This document shows, piece after piece, positions 21,917 through 30,809 of a DNA stretch of 64,000 nt. The position numbers were made by a program, and so were the translations under genes. This stretch comes from an uncultured Chloroflexia bacterium (GTDB lineage: Bacteria; Chloroflexota; Limnocylindria; Limnocylindrales; CSP1-4). Location: assembly GCA_963749705.1 (NCBI GenBank), contig CAVVNQ010000003.1:32001-96000 (forward strand), given 5' to 3'. The notes beneath the pieces are model-generated. The model searched no databases. It was not told the origin of the DNA and was given only the letters and a program-made list of their open reading frames with translations. Position 1 is the first letter of the stretch. Each line of letters opens with the position of its first letter.

Positions 21917-22591
21917 TTACAGCCCGAACGTGAACAGGATTCCGTCCCAGCTCTCCCGCAGGTCGTACAGCGCCACGGCGATGAGGATCGCGCCGGAGAT
22001 GAGCTCGATCGCGCGATGCCGGTCGAGCACGAAGCGGACGATCGCGCGCTGCTGTGTCCCGGCCAGCAGCGAGAGCAGGACCAGCGGCAGCCCGAAGCCG
22101 AGGCCGAAGACCACGAACGTGCCGAGCCTCGCAACCGCATCGCCGAAGCCGACGGACACCGCCAGCAGCGCGGCCAGGAACGGACCGGCGCAGGGCAGCG
22201 CGATCGGTCCCAGCATCACGCCGTAGATCCATGCCTGGGCGTAGGGGTTCGAGACCAGCGGGACCTGCATCCCGGGCAGCCGGTTGAACGGGTTCCGTCC
22301 CGCGAGGAGGAGCAACCCCAGCACGATCAGGAACCCGTCGATCACGGGGACGAGGTAGCTCGCGACGCGCCCGATGGGGACGGCGACGAGGAACAGCACG
22401 AGCCCGACGGCGACCATCGTGGTCAGCAGGCCGGCCAGCACCAGCAGCCCGAGCAGGCCGCTCGCGCGGCGTCCGGACAGGGTGCCGGCGTTCGCCGACA
22501 GGTAGGCGAGGAACCCGGGGTAGAGCGGCAGCAGGCACGGGCTGGCCGCGCTCGCAAGACCGGCCGCGAACACGGCCGCCAGCTCCCCCAC
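21917..22591 (-). CDS. ccdA: CcdA-like disulfide transfer membrane protein
   Basis: SPCLLP and PCAGP cysteine motifs in a 6-TM protein. Confidence 0.85.
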   Translation of the reverse strand: MGELAAVFAAGLASAASPCLLPLYPGFLAYLSANAGTLSGRRASGLLGLLVLAGLLTTMVAVGLVLFLVAVPIGRVASYLVPVIDGFLIVLGLLLLAGRNPFNRLPGMQVPLVSNPYAQAWIYGVMLGPIALPCAGPFLAALLAVSVGFGDAVARLGTFVVFGLGFGLPLVLLSLLAGTQQRAIVRFVLDRHRAIELISGAILIAVALYDLRESWDGILFTFGL

Positions 22592-22593
22592 GG

Positions 22594-23241
22594 TCAGGCG
22601 CCGGCCGTCTTGACGATGTCGTCCACGCTCTCGCCGCCGGTATGGAACGAGACGTCACCGGTCGGGCTGATCAGGACCAGCGGCACCGTCGGCGGGTTGA
22701 GCACGTTGGCCCCGAACTCCGCCTCGAGGGCGGCCGAGACCTCGCGGCCGGCGACCGCATACCGGCCGGTGAACCCGCGCTGGGCCTTGTAGCGGGCAAG
22801 GTCATCCGCGGTCTCGCCCGGATCGACGGTCAGCACCACGTAGGCCACGGCGTCCGGGTCGAGGCTCGCGAGCGCTTCCGTGAACCGGCCCTGCTGGGCG
22901 CGGCAGTTGGTGCACCAGATCGCCATCGCCTCGACGAACACGGTCCGGCCGCCCAGGCTCGCGATGGTGAACGTCTCACCGGTGCTGACATCGGTGAGGG
23001 TCGCGGCAGCCCATGGGTGCGCGGCGAGCGCATCGGCGACGGGATTGCCGGACGGCTCGAGGCTGGCAGACGCGCCCCCGCCCGGAGTCTGCGCGCCGCT
23101 TGCGACTGGCGTGGAGGAAGGCCGTGGCGCGGTCGGGTTGGTCGAAGCCGGACCGGCGCCGGTCGGGGCGCCGCAGCCGGCGATCGCCAGCGCGAGCACC
23201 AGCAGCGCGGCGGTCGGGCCGCGACGTGCGCGCATGGTCAT
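22594..23241 (-). CDS. TlpA/redoxin-like lipoprotein
   Basis: Lipobox IAGC and WCTNC active site; directly upstream of ccdA. Confidence 0.85.
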   Translation of the reverse strand: MTMRARRGPTAALLVLALAIAGCGAPTGAGPASTNPTAPRPSSTPVASGAQTPGGGASASLEPSGNPVADALAAHPWAAATLTDVSTGETFTIASLGGRTVFVEAMAIWCTNCRAQQGRFTEALASLDPDAVAYVVLTVDPGETADDLARYKAQRGFTGRYAVAGREVSAALEAEFGANVLNPPTVPLVLISPTGDVSFHTGGESVDDIVKTAGA

Positions 23242-23242
23242 G

Positions 23243-23276
23243 GGTTGTGCCCTCTCGGTGGTTGTGCCCTCTCGGT
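23243..23276. repeat. 17-bp tandem duplication containing the redoxin RBS
   Basis: GGTTGTGCCCTCTCGGT occurs twice, immediately upstream of the start codon. Confidence 0.8.
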
Positions 23277-23385
23277 CGACCCGGTCCGGCCGGATGCCAT
23301 CCCGAATCTGCCCCACCCGGGTGACGGTACGGTGACGACGTGTCGACCGCGGAGCGTGCCGGGGACATGGCGCTAGCATGGGGTC

Positions 23386-24393
23386 ATGAGTGAGCAAGCG
23401 TCCCCCGCCGTCCATGTCCCGACCCTGATGACCGTCCACGCCCACCCGGACGACGAGACGATCGGCACCGGCGGGACGATGGCAAAGACGATCGGCCAGG
23501 GACGCAGGGTCGTCCTCGTGACGTGCACCAGGGGTGAGATGGGCGAGATCGTCGTCCCCGAGCTCGACACGCCCGACAACCACCGCCGGCTGGGCGAGCT
23601 GCGTGCCGTGGAGCTCGAGAACGCGATGGGAGCCCTCGGCGTGACCGAGTGGGACAACCTCGGCTACCGCGATTCGGACATGATGGGCCGGGCCGGCAAC
23701 GTCGATCCGCGATGCTTCTGGCAGGCCGATCTGGACGAGGCCATCGGCCGCATGACCTGGATGGTGCGCCGCTTCCGGCCCGACGTGATGACGACCTACA
23801 ACGACTTCGGTGGGTACGGGCATCCCGACCACATCCGGAGTCACCTGGTCGCCGTCGGCTCGTTCGCCAGGGCCGGAGATCCGGCGTGGTATCCGGAGCA
23901 GATCGCGCCCGAGCACGGCGGCACCGGCGCGGCCATGGGTGAGGGCGGGGTGACCCCGTGGACCCCGGCCAAGCTGTACGAGCAGGCGATCCCGTCGTCG
24001 GTGCGGATGGCGATGAAGGAGCGGCTCGAGGCCCTTGGCGAGACGTCGTTCTGGTCGCCACCCGTCGACGCAACGCCGGCGCAGCTTGCCGAGTTCGAGG
24101 AACAGATGGCGCGGATGCTCGTGCCCGACGAGGCCATCACCGCGTGGGTCGATGTGTCGGACGCGATCGATGCCCGCTGGAACGCGATCAAGGCGCACGT
24201 CACCCAGATCTCGAACGACAACCCGTTCGTGCGCTTCGGCAAGGCCGGCTGGCAGGAGTACTGGACCCGCGAGGCGTTCATCCGACGCGAAACTCGCGTT
24301 CCCGCGCCCGACGCCGAGGACGACCTGTTCGCGGGCCTGCTGGGTCGGTCGCCCGGCCCGTACGGCTGGGACGGGTCCGCGCAGGTCGCCTGA
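23386..24393 (+). CDS. PIG-L family deacetylase/amidase (MshB/Mca-like)
   Basis: HAHPDDE, TCT.GE.GE, LGYRDS.M.G, GGYGHPDH and AH.TQ motifs. Confidence 0.9.
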   Translation: MSEQASPAVHVPTLMTVHAHPDDETIGTGGTMAKTIGQGRRVVLVTCTRGEMGEIVVPELDTPDNHRRLGELRAVELENAMGALGVTEWDNLGYRDSDMMGRAGNVDPRCFWQADLDEAIGRMTWMVRRFRPDVMTTYNDFGGYGHPDHIRSHLVAVGSFARAGDPAWYPEQIAPEHGGTGAAMGEGGVTPWTPAKLYEQAIPSSVRMAMKERLEALGETSFWSPPVDATPAQLAEFEEQMARMLVPDEAITAWVDVSDAIDARWNAIKAHVTQISNDNPFVRFGKAGWQEYWTREAFIRRETRVPAPDAEDDLFAGLLGRSPGPYGWDGSAQVA

Positions 24394-24420
24394 AGCCTCG
24401 CTCGCCGCCGGTAGGTCGTC

Positions 24421-24547
24421 CCGGGGACCTCGCCGGGACCTCGCCGGGACCTCGTCGCTCGCTAGCCGCCGCCACTCGCCGGAGTCCCGTCCGGCGGCCG
24501 CGGTCGCTCGCCGGAGTCCCCTCGCCTCCGTCGCTCGCCGGAGTCCC
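24421..24547. repeat. Short intergenic repeats (GGGACCTCG core x3 at 11-bp period; CTCGCCGGAGTCCC x3)
   Basis: 11-bp tandem units at about 24422-24454; 14-mer copies at 24475, 24507 and 24534. Confidence 0.75.
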
Positions 24548-24589
24548 GTCAGGCACCGCGTGGGGCGGTGCAATCCGCGGTTCGGGGCC

Positions 24590-24747
24590 GATCTGCTGTC
24601 AGCCACCGCGAGGGCCGGTGCTAGACCGGCCCGCCACCGATTCCGGGCCGCTGCGAAGCCATCCGCGTGCGTGGCTCGGGTCCTGGATCGGCCCCTGGAG
24701 TGACAGGACCGCGACTACCACCACGTGGCGCGGTAGCTGACAAGATC
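24590..24747. repeat. Imperfect inverted-repeat element (MITE/REP-like)
   Basis: GATCTGCTGTCAGCCACCGCG (24590-24610) pairs with CGCGGTAGCTGACAAGATC (24729-24747). Confidence 0.55.
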
Positions 24748-24817
24748 CGGAGGCAGATCGCGCCGCCCGAGCGACCAGCGCCGGCACCGCAGGCCGCAAC
24801 GGCCTCCGGCGACGCCC

Positions 24818-26551
24818 CTACCAGTCCAGCAGCCCCTTTGATGCGCTGAACACCTGGTTCATGACCACCTTGCCGTCCGTGGCCGGGTCCATGAAGTTGG
24901 GCTGCGCGCGATCCAGGATGAGATGCGGCCGCATCCGGACCTGGACGAGCTGCTTGCCGTTGAACGTCAGCTCGAGCGTGATCCCCTCCATCGTCGGCTC
25001 CGACCACGTCTGGTCGAACACGAAGTTGCCCAGCGCGTACCAGATCGGCTTGCCCTTGTAGACCTCCATCGCCTCGGCCCAGTGGGGGTGGTTGCCGATC
25101 ACGAGGTCGGCGCCGGCATCGATCGCCGCATGGGCGAGCCGCTTCTGCGATGCGGTCGGGGTGGCCCGGTACTCGATCCCCCAGTGCGGGAACACGATCA
25201 CGATGTCCGCGCCGGCCTTGCGCGCGGCGGCGACATCGGCCTTTAGCGCCGCCGATGTCATCTGGGCGCTGCCGGGCTTGCTCGTCCCGGCCGCGTACGT
25301 GGGTGCGATCGTGTCGTAGCCGAGGATCGCGATGGTCTCGCCTCCGGCCTCGAGCAGCGCCGGCTTGTGCGCGTCGGCGGTGTTCTTGCCGGCGCCCGAG
25401 TGGAGGATCCCCTGCTTGTCGAGATTGGCCATGGTCTGGAGGATGGCGGTCCGGCCCGCGTCGCCGATGTGGTTGTTGGCGAGCGAGACCCAGTCGATGC
25501 CGGCCTTCGCCAGGCCGGCGATATAGGCCGGGTTGGCCGAGAACGTGGTGCCGTGGTCGTGGAACCGGAAGGCGTTGGGCGCCGGGTTCTCGAAGTTGGC
25601 GATCGCGATGTCGGCGCCCGATACGAGGTCGCGCACGATGCCCGCGTTGCCGGTCCGCTTCGTCCGGGGCAGCTTCCAGCCGAAGCTGGAGCAGCAGGTG
25701 TGACCCGTGATCGCCGCGGTGCCCCCGTTGAACGGAAAGTCCGACCCCGCCGAGCTTCCCCGGATCGCCAGCGAGACGCCACGGTCGAGCAGGATGTCGC
25801 CACCGGCGAACAGCGTCCAGGCGGTCGCCGGGTCGTAGTCGGACGCCGCACCCGCCGCCGGGCCCAGCTGCGCAACGAGCGGCCAGGCATCGATCGACGC
25901 GACCCTGCCGACCCCGAACATCGCCTTGCCGTCCCAGGCCAGGGCACGGACCGAGGCGGTGACCTCATCGGCGCGAAGGAAGCCCAGCTGCGTCCGGGTC
26001 TTGGCCACGCTGGCCGCCAGGGCATCGGCGTCGGCGACGACCACGAGGTGCTTGCCGAGCGCCGAGCGCTCCACGCCGAGGGCGGTGAGGATCGCATCCG
26101 CATCGCCGTCGACCAGCACGAGCGCCGTATAGGCACCGGAGCCGGCCGCGATCGACCTGACATCGGCGCTCGTGACCCCGGTGGCCGCCGACCGGAAGCT
26201 GGTGACGGGCACGATCGCCGTCCGGGCCGTGGCCGGCGTCGGGACCGGCGTCGGCTCGGGGGTGGGCGTGACGGCCGTCGACGGCGGCGCCGAGTCCTGC
26301 TCGGGCGTTGCGGATGGAGCGGGCGAGGTCGTCGACCCGGCAAGCGCTCCCGAGGCACCGGGTGTCCCACCGGCGCCGAGCAGCCCCCCGACGATCCCGC
26401 CGCCGAACCCGAGCGCAACGATGAGGACGAGGACCACGATGGCAGCCGGCGCGAGCAGCCCGCCCGTCTGCCCACCGGAGATCGCCGAGCGCATGCCGCG
26501 TCGGGCGGGAGTCGGTCGACGGGGGTGGGCGCCTGGGTCGCGAACGGTCAC
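24818..26551 (-). CDS. CapA family (PGA biosynthesis-like metallophosphoesterase), membrane anchored
   Basis: GGDI.L.R, NFENP, SLANNH.GD, PHWG.EY, GNHPH and [10 protein letters not shown] motifs; N-terminal TM. TACCCT -10 lies 6 nt before the GTG. Confidence 0.9.
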   Translation of the reverse strand: MTVRDPGAHPRRPTPARRGMRSAISGGQTGGLLAPAAIVVLVLIVALGFGGGIVGGLLGAGGTPGASGALAGSTTSPAPSATPEQDSAPPSTAVTPTPEPTPVPTPATARTAIVPVTSFRSAATGVTSADVRSIAAGSGAYTALVLVDGDADAILTALGVERSALGKHLVVVADADALAASVAKTRTQLGFLRADEVTASVRALAWDGKAMFGVGRVASIDAWPLVAQLGPAAGAASDYDPATAWTLFAGGDILLDRGVSLAIRGSSAGSDFPFNGGTAAITGHTCCSSFGWKLPRTKRTGNAGIVRDLVSGADIAIANFENPAPNAFRFHDHGTTFSANPAYIAGLAKAGIDWVSLANNHIGDAGRTAILQTMANLDKQGILHSGAGKNTADAHKPALLEAGGETIAILGYDTIAPTYAAGTSKPGSAQMTSAALKADVAAARKAGADIVIVFPHWGIEYRATPTASQKRLAHAAIDAGADLVIGNHPHWAEAMEVYKGKPIWYALGNFVFDQTWSEPTMEGITLELTFNGKQLVQVRMRPHLILDRAQPNFMDPATDGKVVMNQVFSASKGLLDW

Positions 26552-26605
26552 GCGCGCAGGGTACCCGAGCATCGCGAGCCCTGGTCCGGGACAGCGGGAC
26601 GCCCC

Positions 26606-26650
26606 GTCCCGGACAGAGGGACGCCCCGTCCGGGCGGGCGGACGGGGCGT
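26606..26650 (-). terminator. GC-rich hairpin downstream of tRNA-Asp
   Basis: ACGCCCCGTCC/GGACGGGGCGT inverted repeat; one arm is also duplicated at about 26597. Confidence 0.5.
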
Positions 26651-26668
26651 AGGAAGAATCGCGATCGA

Positions 26669-26745
26669 TGGCGGACCCGACCGGATTCGAACCGGCGATC
26701 TCCAGCGTGACAGGCTGGCATGTTGGGCCGCTACACCACGGGTCC
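26669..26745 (-). tRNA. tRNA-Asp(GTC)
   Basis: Reverse complement reads GGACCCGTGGTGTAGCGGCCCAACATGCCAGCCT-GTC-ACGCTGGAGATCGCCGGTTCGAATCCGGTCGGGTCCGCCA; full cloverleaf with encoded CCA. Confidence 0.97.
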
Positions 26746-26944
26746 GCGGTCGGTGGCGGATGATATCAGGCAGGTTTCGAAGTCGCCACCCGGCGGTCCG
26801 CCATCCAGCCGGCGCGAACGGAGGGGACCGCGGGGTGGGGGGTGCCGACGGCCAGGGCCGGCAGCGAACGACGTCGCCGGGGCCCGGGCCGCCGCAATCG
26901 GGCCGGCAGCCGGGCCCGCGGACCCGCGCTATGCTCGCCCGGCC

Positions 26945-28069
26945 ATGGTCCGCATCGATCTCCGCTCCGACACGGTCACCAAGCCCACCGACGAGATGCG
27001 CCGCGCGATGGCCGCGGCCGAGGTGGGCGACGACGTGTTCGGCGACGACCCCACCGTCAACGCTCTCGAGGAGCGCGGTGCCGACCTCCTGGGCAAGGAG
27101 GCGGGCCTGTTCGTCGCGAGCGGCTCGATGGGCAACCTGGTGTCGCTGCTCGCCCACCTGCCGCGCGGCCACGAGGCGATCGCCGGGGCAACGACGCACA
27201 CCGTGATGGACGAGGCTGGCGGTCACGCCGTCGTGGCCGGTGCCACCGTTCGAGCGCTCGCGGAGCGGCCGGACGGCACGATGGACCCGACCGCGATTCG
27301 GGAGGCGTTCCGCGACCCCACCGACCTGCACGAGCCGATCACCGGCCTGGTCGCCCTCGAGAACACGCATGCTCACTCGGGCGGGCGCCCGTTGCCGCTG
27401 GACTACGTCCGGGCCGTTGCCGTGATCGCGCACGAAGGCGGCGTCCCGCTCCACATCGACGGCGCACGCCTGTTCAACGCGACCGTCGCCCTGGGCGTCA
27501 CGCCGCGAGCGCTCGTCGCACCCGCGGACAGCGTGACGTTCTGCCTGTCCAAGGGCCTCGCAGCGCCGGTCGGATCGATCGTGGTCGGATCCCGCGAGTT
27601 CATCGGGCGCGCCCGTCGCGCGCGAAAGCTCGTCGGGGGCGGCATGCGCCAGGTCGGCGTGCTGGCGGCGGCGGGACTGGTGGCGTTGCGGGACGGCGAC
27701 GCGGGCATGATCGACCGACTTGCGGACGACCACGCCAACGCGCGCCGCCTGGCCGAGGGCCTGGCAGGCCTGCCGGGGGTCGCCTCCCCGGGCGGGATCG
27801 CCCAACCGGACCCAGGTCCGCTCGACCCGGCTCGGGCCGTGACCAACTTCGTGCTGTTTCGGGTGGAGCGGGACCGGTCGGCGTTCCTCGTAGCGCTCGA
27901 GGCCCGGGGCGTGCTCATGGTCCCCTATGCGAACGGCTCGATCCGCGCCGTGACCCACCACGGGATCGATGCCGCGGACATCGACCATGTGGTCGCCATC
28001 GTGGCCGAGATCCTGCGCGACACGTCGCCCGTCCGGTCGGCCGATCACGCGACGGCCGCGGCGGGGTGA
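26945..28069 (+). CDS. ltaE: Low-specificity L-threonine aldolase
   Basis: [36 protein letters not shown] and GGGMRQ motifs. Confidence 0.93.
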   Translation: MVRIDLRSDTVTKPTDEMRRAMAAAEVGDDVFGDDPTVNALEERGADLLGKEAGLFVASGSMGNLVSLLAHLPRGHEAIAGATTHTVMDEAGGHAVVAGATVRALAERPDGTMDPTAIREAFRDPTDLHEPITGLVALENTHAHSGGRPLPLDYVRAVAVIAHEGGVPLHIDGARLFNATVALGVTPRALVAPADSVTFCLSKGLAAPVGSIVVGSREFIGRARRARKLVGGGMRQVGVLAAAGLVALRDGDAGMIDRLADDHANARRLAEGLAGLPGVASPGGIAQPDPGPLDPARAVTNFVLFRVERDRSAFLVALEARGVLMVPYANGSIRAVTHHGIDAADIDHVVAIVAEILRDTSPVRSADHATAAAG

Positions 28070-28136
28070 CCGCGGGCAGCGTGCGGCACCGCGAGATCGA
28101 CCCGGCGCGCGTCGTGCGCCGCGGGAGCCGTCGCGC

Positions 28137-28838
28137 GTGGACGTGATCCCGGCCATCGACGTCGCCAACGGACGCTCGCGGGTCGTGTACTGGCCGGGCG
28201 CGGCGGCCGGCATCGGCGCGCCCACCGATCGTCCCGAGCAGATCGCGGAGCAGCTCGTGCACCAGGGCGCGAGGATCCTGCACCTGGTCGACTTCGACGG
28301 AGCGCGGCGCGCGGCGCCGGCGGACCTCGACGTCGTGGGCGCGGTCGCGGCGCGGGTGGCGGTCCCGCTCCAGGTCGCGGGCGGGCTCGAAGCCGCGGAT
28401 CATGTGCGACTGGCGTTTGCCGCAGGCGCGACGCGGGTGGTGCTCTCGATCGCGATCGTGGAGCATCCAGAGGCGCTCCGCGAATGCCTGGCCGTGGCCG
28501 GGGACTGGCTCGCCGTCGGCCTGGATCCCCGACCGGAGCGGCTCGCGGCCTTCCCCTGGGCTCGCGCCGTGCCGCCCACGATCGACTCGCTGGTCGAGGA
28601 GCTCGTCGGGCAGGGCGTCCACCGGCTCGTCCTCAGCCACGGTGGCGCCACGCCGGACGCCACGCTCCTGACCACGCTGGTGAACCGCCACGACGCCGAC
28701 ATCCTCGTCGCCGGGGGTGTTGCCGACCTCGACGGCATCCGTCGGCTGCGCGACGCCGGCATCACCGGCCTCATCCTCGGAGAGGCGATCCTCTCCGGTG
28801 CCATCGAGCTCCCACGCGCCCTGGAGGCCGCCGCATGA
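28137..28838 (+). CDS. Divergent HisA/HisF-family TIM-barrel protein
   Basis: [14 protein letters not shown] and QVAGG are present, but the TD.xxDG loop is missing. Confidence 0.8.
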   Translation: MDVIPAIDVANGRSRVVYWPGAAAGIGAPTDRPEQIAEQLVHQGARILHLVDFDGARRAAPADLDVVGAVAARVAVPLQVAGGLEAADHVRLAFAAGATRVVLSIAIVEHPEALRECLAVAGDWLAVGLDPRPERLAAFPWARAVPPTIDSLVEELVGQGVHRLVLSHGGATPDATLLTTLVNRHDADILVAGGVADLDGIRRLRDAGITGLILGEAILSGAIELPRALEAAA

Positions 28839-29542
28839 TTTCCCGCATCGTCGCCCGCGGCCTTGCCGCGCTCGTCGTCCCGATGCTAGTCGCCGCCTGC
28901 AGCGGCGGAGGCGCCGCGGTGCCGACGGTGGCGCCCGCTTCGGCCGCGGCCTCGTCACAGGCGGCGCCAACCGGGACCGCGGCGACCGCCTGTCCGACCG
29001 CCCAGCCGGCTGCGTTGAGCGCCGATGACGTGCGCACCGTCACCATCGACACCGAGAAGGGCGCCATCGTCATCGAGGTCCGAGGGTCGCTGTCCCCGAT
29101 CGCGACCGGAAACTTCGTGGCACTCGCGTCCTGCGGCTACTACGACGGCGTCGTGTTCCACCGGGTCGCAACGCTCCAGGACGGCACCCCGTTCGTGATC
29201 CAGGGCGGCGACGGCCAGTACGGTCGGGTCCCGACCGTCGACCCCAGCCGCGTGGGCACCGGCGGTCCCGGGTACGCCATCCAGGACGAACCCGTGACGG
29301 CCACCTATCAGCGAGGGACCGTCGCGATGGCCCGATCTGCGGCCCCCAACTCCGTGGGATCGCAGTTCTTCATCGTCCTCGACGACCGCGCCCGCGACGT
29401 TCTCGCCTCGTACAACACCTACCAGATCATCGGCACCGTGACCTCGGGGATGGACGTGGCGGACGCGATCTACGCGGCCGCCGATGCCGAGATCCCGACC
29501 AATCCGATCCCGATGACCAAGGTCACCGTCAGCACCCCGTAA
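28835..29542 (+). CDS. Cyclophilin-type peptidyl-prolyl isomerase, lipoprotein
   Basis: Lipobox VAAC; YYDG..FHRV, FVIQGGD, AMAR and SQFFI motifs. Confidence 0.92.
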   Translation: MISRIVARGLAALVVPMLVAACSGGGAAVPTVAPASAAASSQAAPTGTAATACPTAQPAALSADDVRTVTIDTEKGAIVIEVRGSLSPIATGNFVALASCGYYDGVVFHRVATLQDGTPFVIQGGDGQYGRVPTVDPSRVGTGGPGYAIQDEPVTATYQRGTVAMARSAAPNSVGSQFFIVLDDRARDVLASYNTYQIIGTVTSGMDVADAIYAAADAEIPTNPIPMTKVTVSTP

Positions 29543-29570
29543 CCTGTCACCACCACGAAGGAGAGCGCCC

Positions 29571-30059
29571 ATGACCCGAGCCATCATCGCGACCGAAGCC
29601 GGCACCATCGAGGCTGACCTGTTCACCGACGGCGCCCCGAAGGCCGCCGGCAACTTCGTCAAGCTCGCCAAGCAGGGCTTCTACGACGACGTCATCTTCC
29701 ACCGCGTCATCCCCGGATTCATGATCCAGGGCGGCGACGGGGAGTTCGGCAAGAAGGCGTCGCTCAACACCGGGCGCGTCGGCACCGGCGGACCCGGCTA
29801 CAAGTTCGACGACGAGCCGTTCACCGGGAGCTATGTCCGCGGCACGCTCGCGATGGCGAATGCCGGGCCGAACACGAACGGCTCGCAGTTCTTCATCATG
29901 CACGCGGACTACGCGCTGCCCAAGAGCTACACGATCTTCGGCCTGGTGACCAAGGGGATCGACGTCGTTGACGCCATTGCCAGCGCGCCGCGCAACAGCC
30001 GTGATCTGCCCGATGCGCCGGTTGCGATGACCTCGGTGACGATCGTCGACGAGGAGTAA
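29571..30059 (+). CDS. Cyclophilin-type peptidyl-prolyl isomerase, cytoplasmic
   Basis: [14 protein letters not shown] and [16 protein letters not shown]; AAGGAG RBS. Confidence 0.96.
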   Translation: MTRAIIATEAGTIEADLFTDGAPKAAGNFVKLAKQGFYDDVIFHRVIPGFMIQGGDGEFGKKASLNTGRVGTGGPGYKFDDEPFTGSYVRGTLAMANAGPNTNGSQFFIMHADYALPKSYTIFGLVTKGIDVVDAIASAPRNSRDLPDAPVAMTSVTIVDEE

Positions 30060-30230
30060 CCGCGGCCGCGAGCTGACGTCCTGCGCACGCGGGCGCGCTC
30101 CGGCGATCGCCACGTCCGGCCTGCGCTCCGGTCGTCTCGAAACCGGTCGGCAACCGGAACGTTAAGCAATTTTCACCGAAGCGGCGGACAAAACCCTTTC
30201 CTAATCCGCACCTGCGCAGTAGGATATCGA

Positions 30231-30407
30231 CGCTGCAAGTCAGCCAGCGCTGCCCCAGCATCAAGGTCATGGGTAGGTAGGGTTAGGGTAGTCGGTTCAG
30301 CCGACGCGATAGATGACCTTGGCGCGCGGCAGAAGGTCCGCCCTCGGGTGGACACCTTCACCGGGACAGCAACGAGGCGGCTCCTTCGGGAGCCGCCTCG
30401 TACGTTT
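30231..30407 (+). ncRNA. Candidate structured non-coding RNA (family not recognised)
   Basis: Putative -10 TAGGAT at 30220-30225; nested helices (CAAGGTCAT/ATGACCTTG, GTCGGT/GCCGAC, GAAGGT/ACCTTC); ends in a 13-bp UUCG hairpin; no plausible ORF. Confidence 0.55.
30372..30407 (+). terminator. Intrinsic terminator-like hairpin
   Basis: ACGAGGCGGCTCC-TTCG-GGAGCCGCCTCGT perfect stem, followed by ACGTTT. Confidence 0.75.
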
Positions 30408-30451
30408 ACCGGGCGGCGGAGGGTCGAATCGGCCGCGCTCTGCGCGCGGAA

Positions 30452-30687
30452 GCGCTCCCCGTCAGATGCGCTCGCCCTGTCAGATGCGCTCCCCCTGTCA
30501 GATGTCCGGCACGCGAGCGTTCGCCGTCGTCGCGGAGCATCACCGGAACGCGCATCCCCCCTGAGGTCGCTCCCGGAGCGCCGGTCCGTGCACGAATGGA
30601 ACGCTCGCCGAGCTGCGCTCCGTTGGAAAGCCGGCCGTACCGGCGCCAATCGACGGCGAACGCCCGGCTTGTGGACATCTGGCAGGG
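30452..30687. mobile_element. MITE/REP-like element with 37-bp imperfect terminal inverted repeats and a triplicated left end
   Basis: CCCTGTCAGATGTCC-N9-GCGTTCGCCGTCG (30493-30529) pairs with CGACGGCGAACGC-N9-GGACATCTGGCAGGG (30651-30687). GCGCTC..GTCAGAT occurs three times at 30452-30503. Confidence 0.55.
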
Positions 30688-30809
30688 ACGGAGGCCCGGG
30701 CGAGGAGGAGCGACTGGGCAACGGCCGCGGACCGAGCAACGCGGATCCGGGACGTGGATCAATTCATCCCGCAGTGCGTCCCGCTCGACCCGGGGGCACA
30801 ATCCGCGAC

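Noticed and set aside
24421-24547. Repeats with spacers that might be a mini-CRISPR
   Set aside because: Units are only 11-14 bp, spacers are 13-18 nt and uneven, and there are no cas genes or leader.
30271-30290. TTAGGG as a telomeric repeat or eukaryotic contamination
   Set aside because: There is only one exact unit, embedded in a bacterial structured intergenic region. It is treated as part of the RNA candidate instead.
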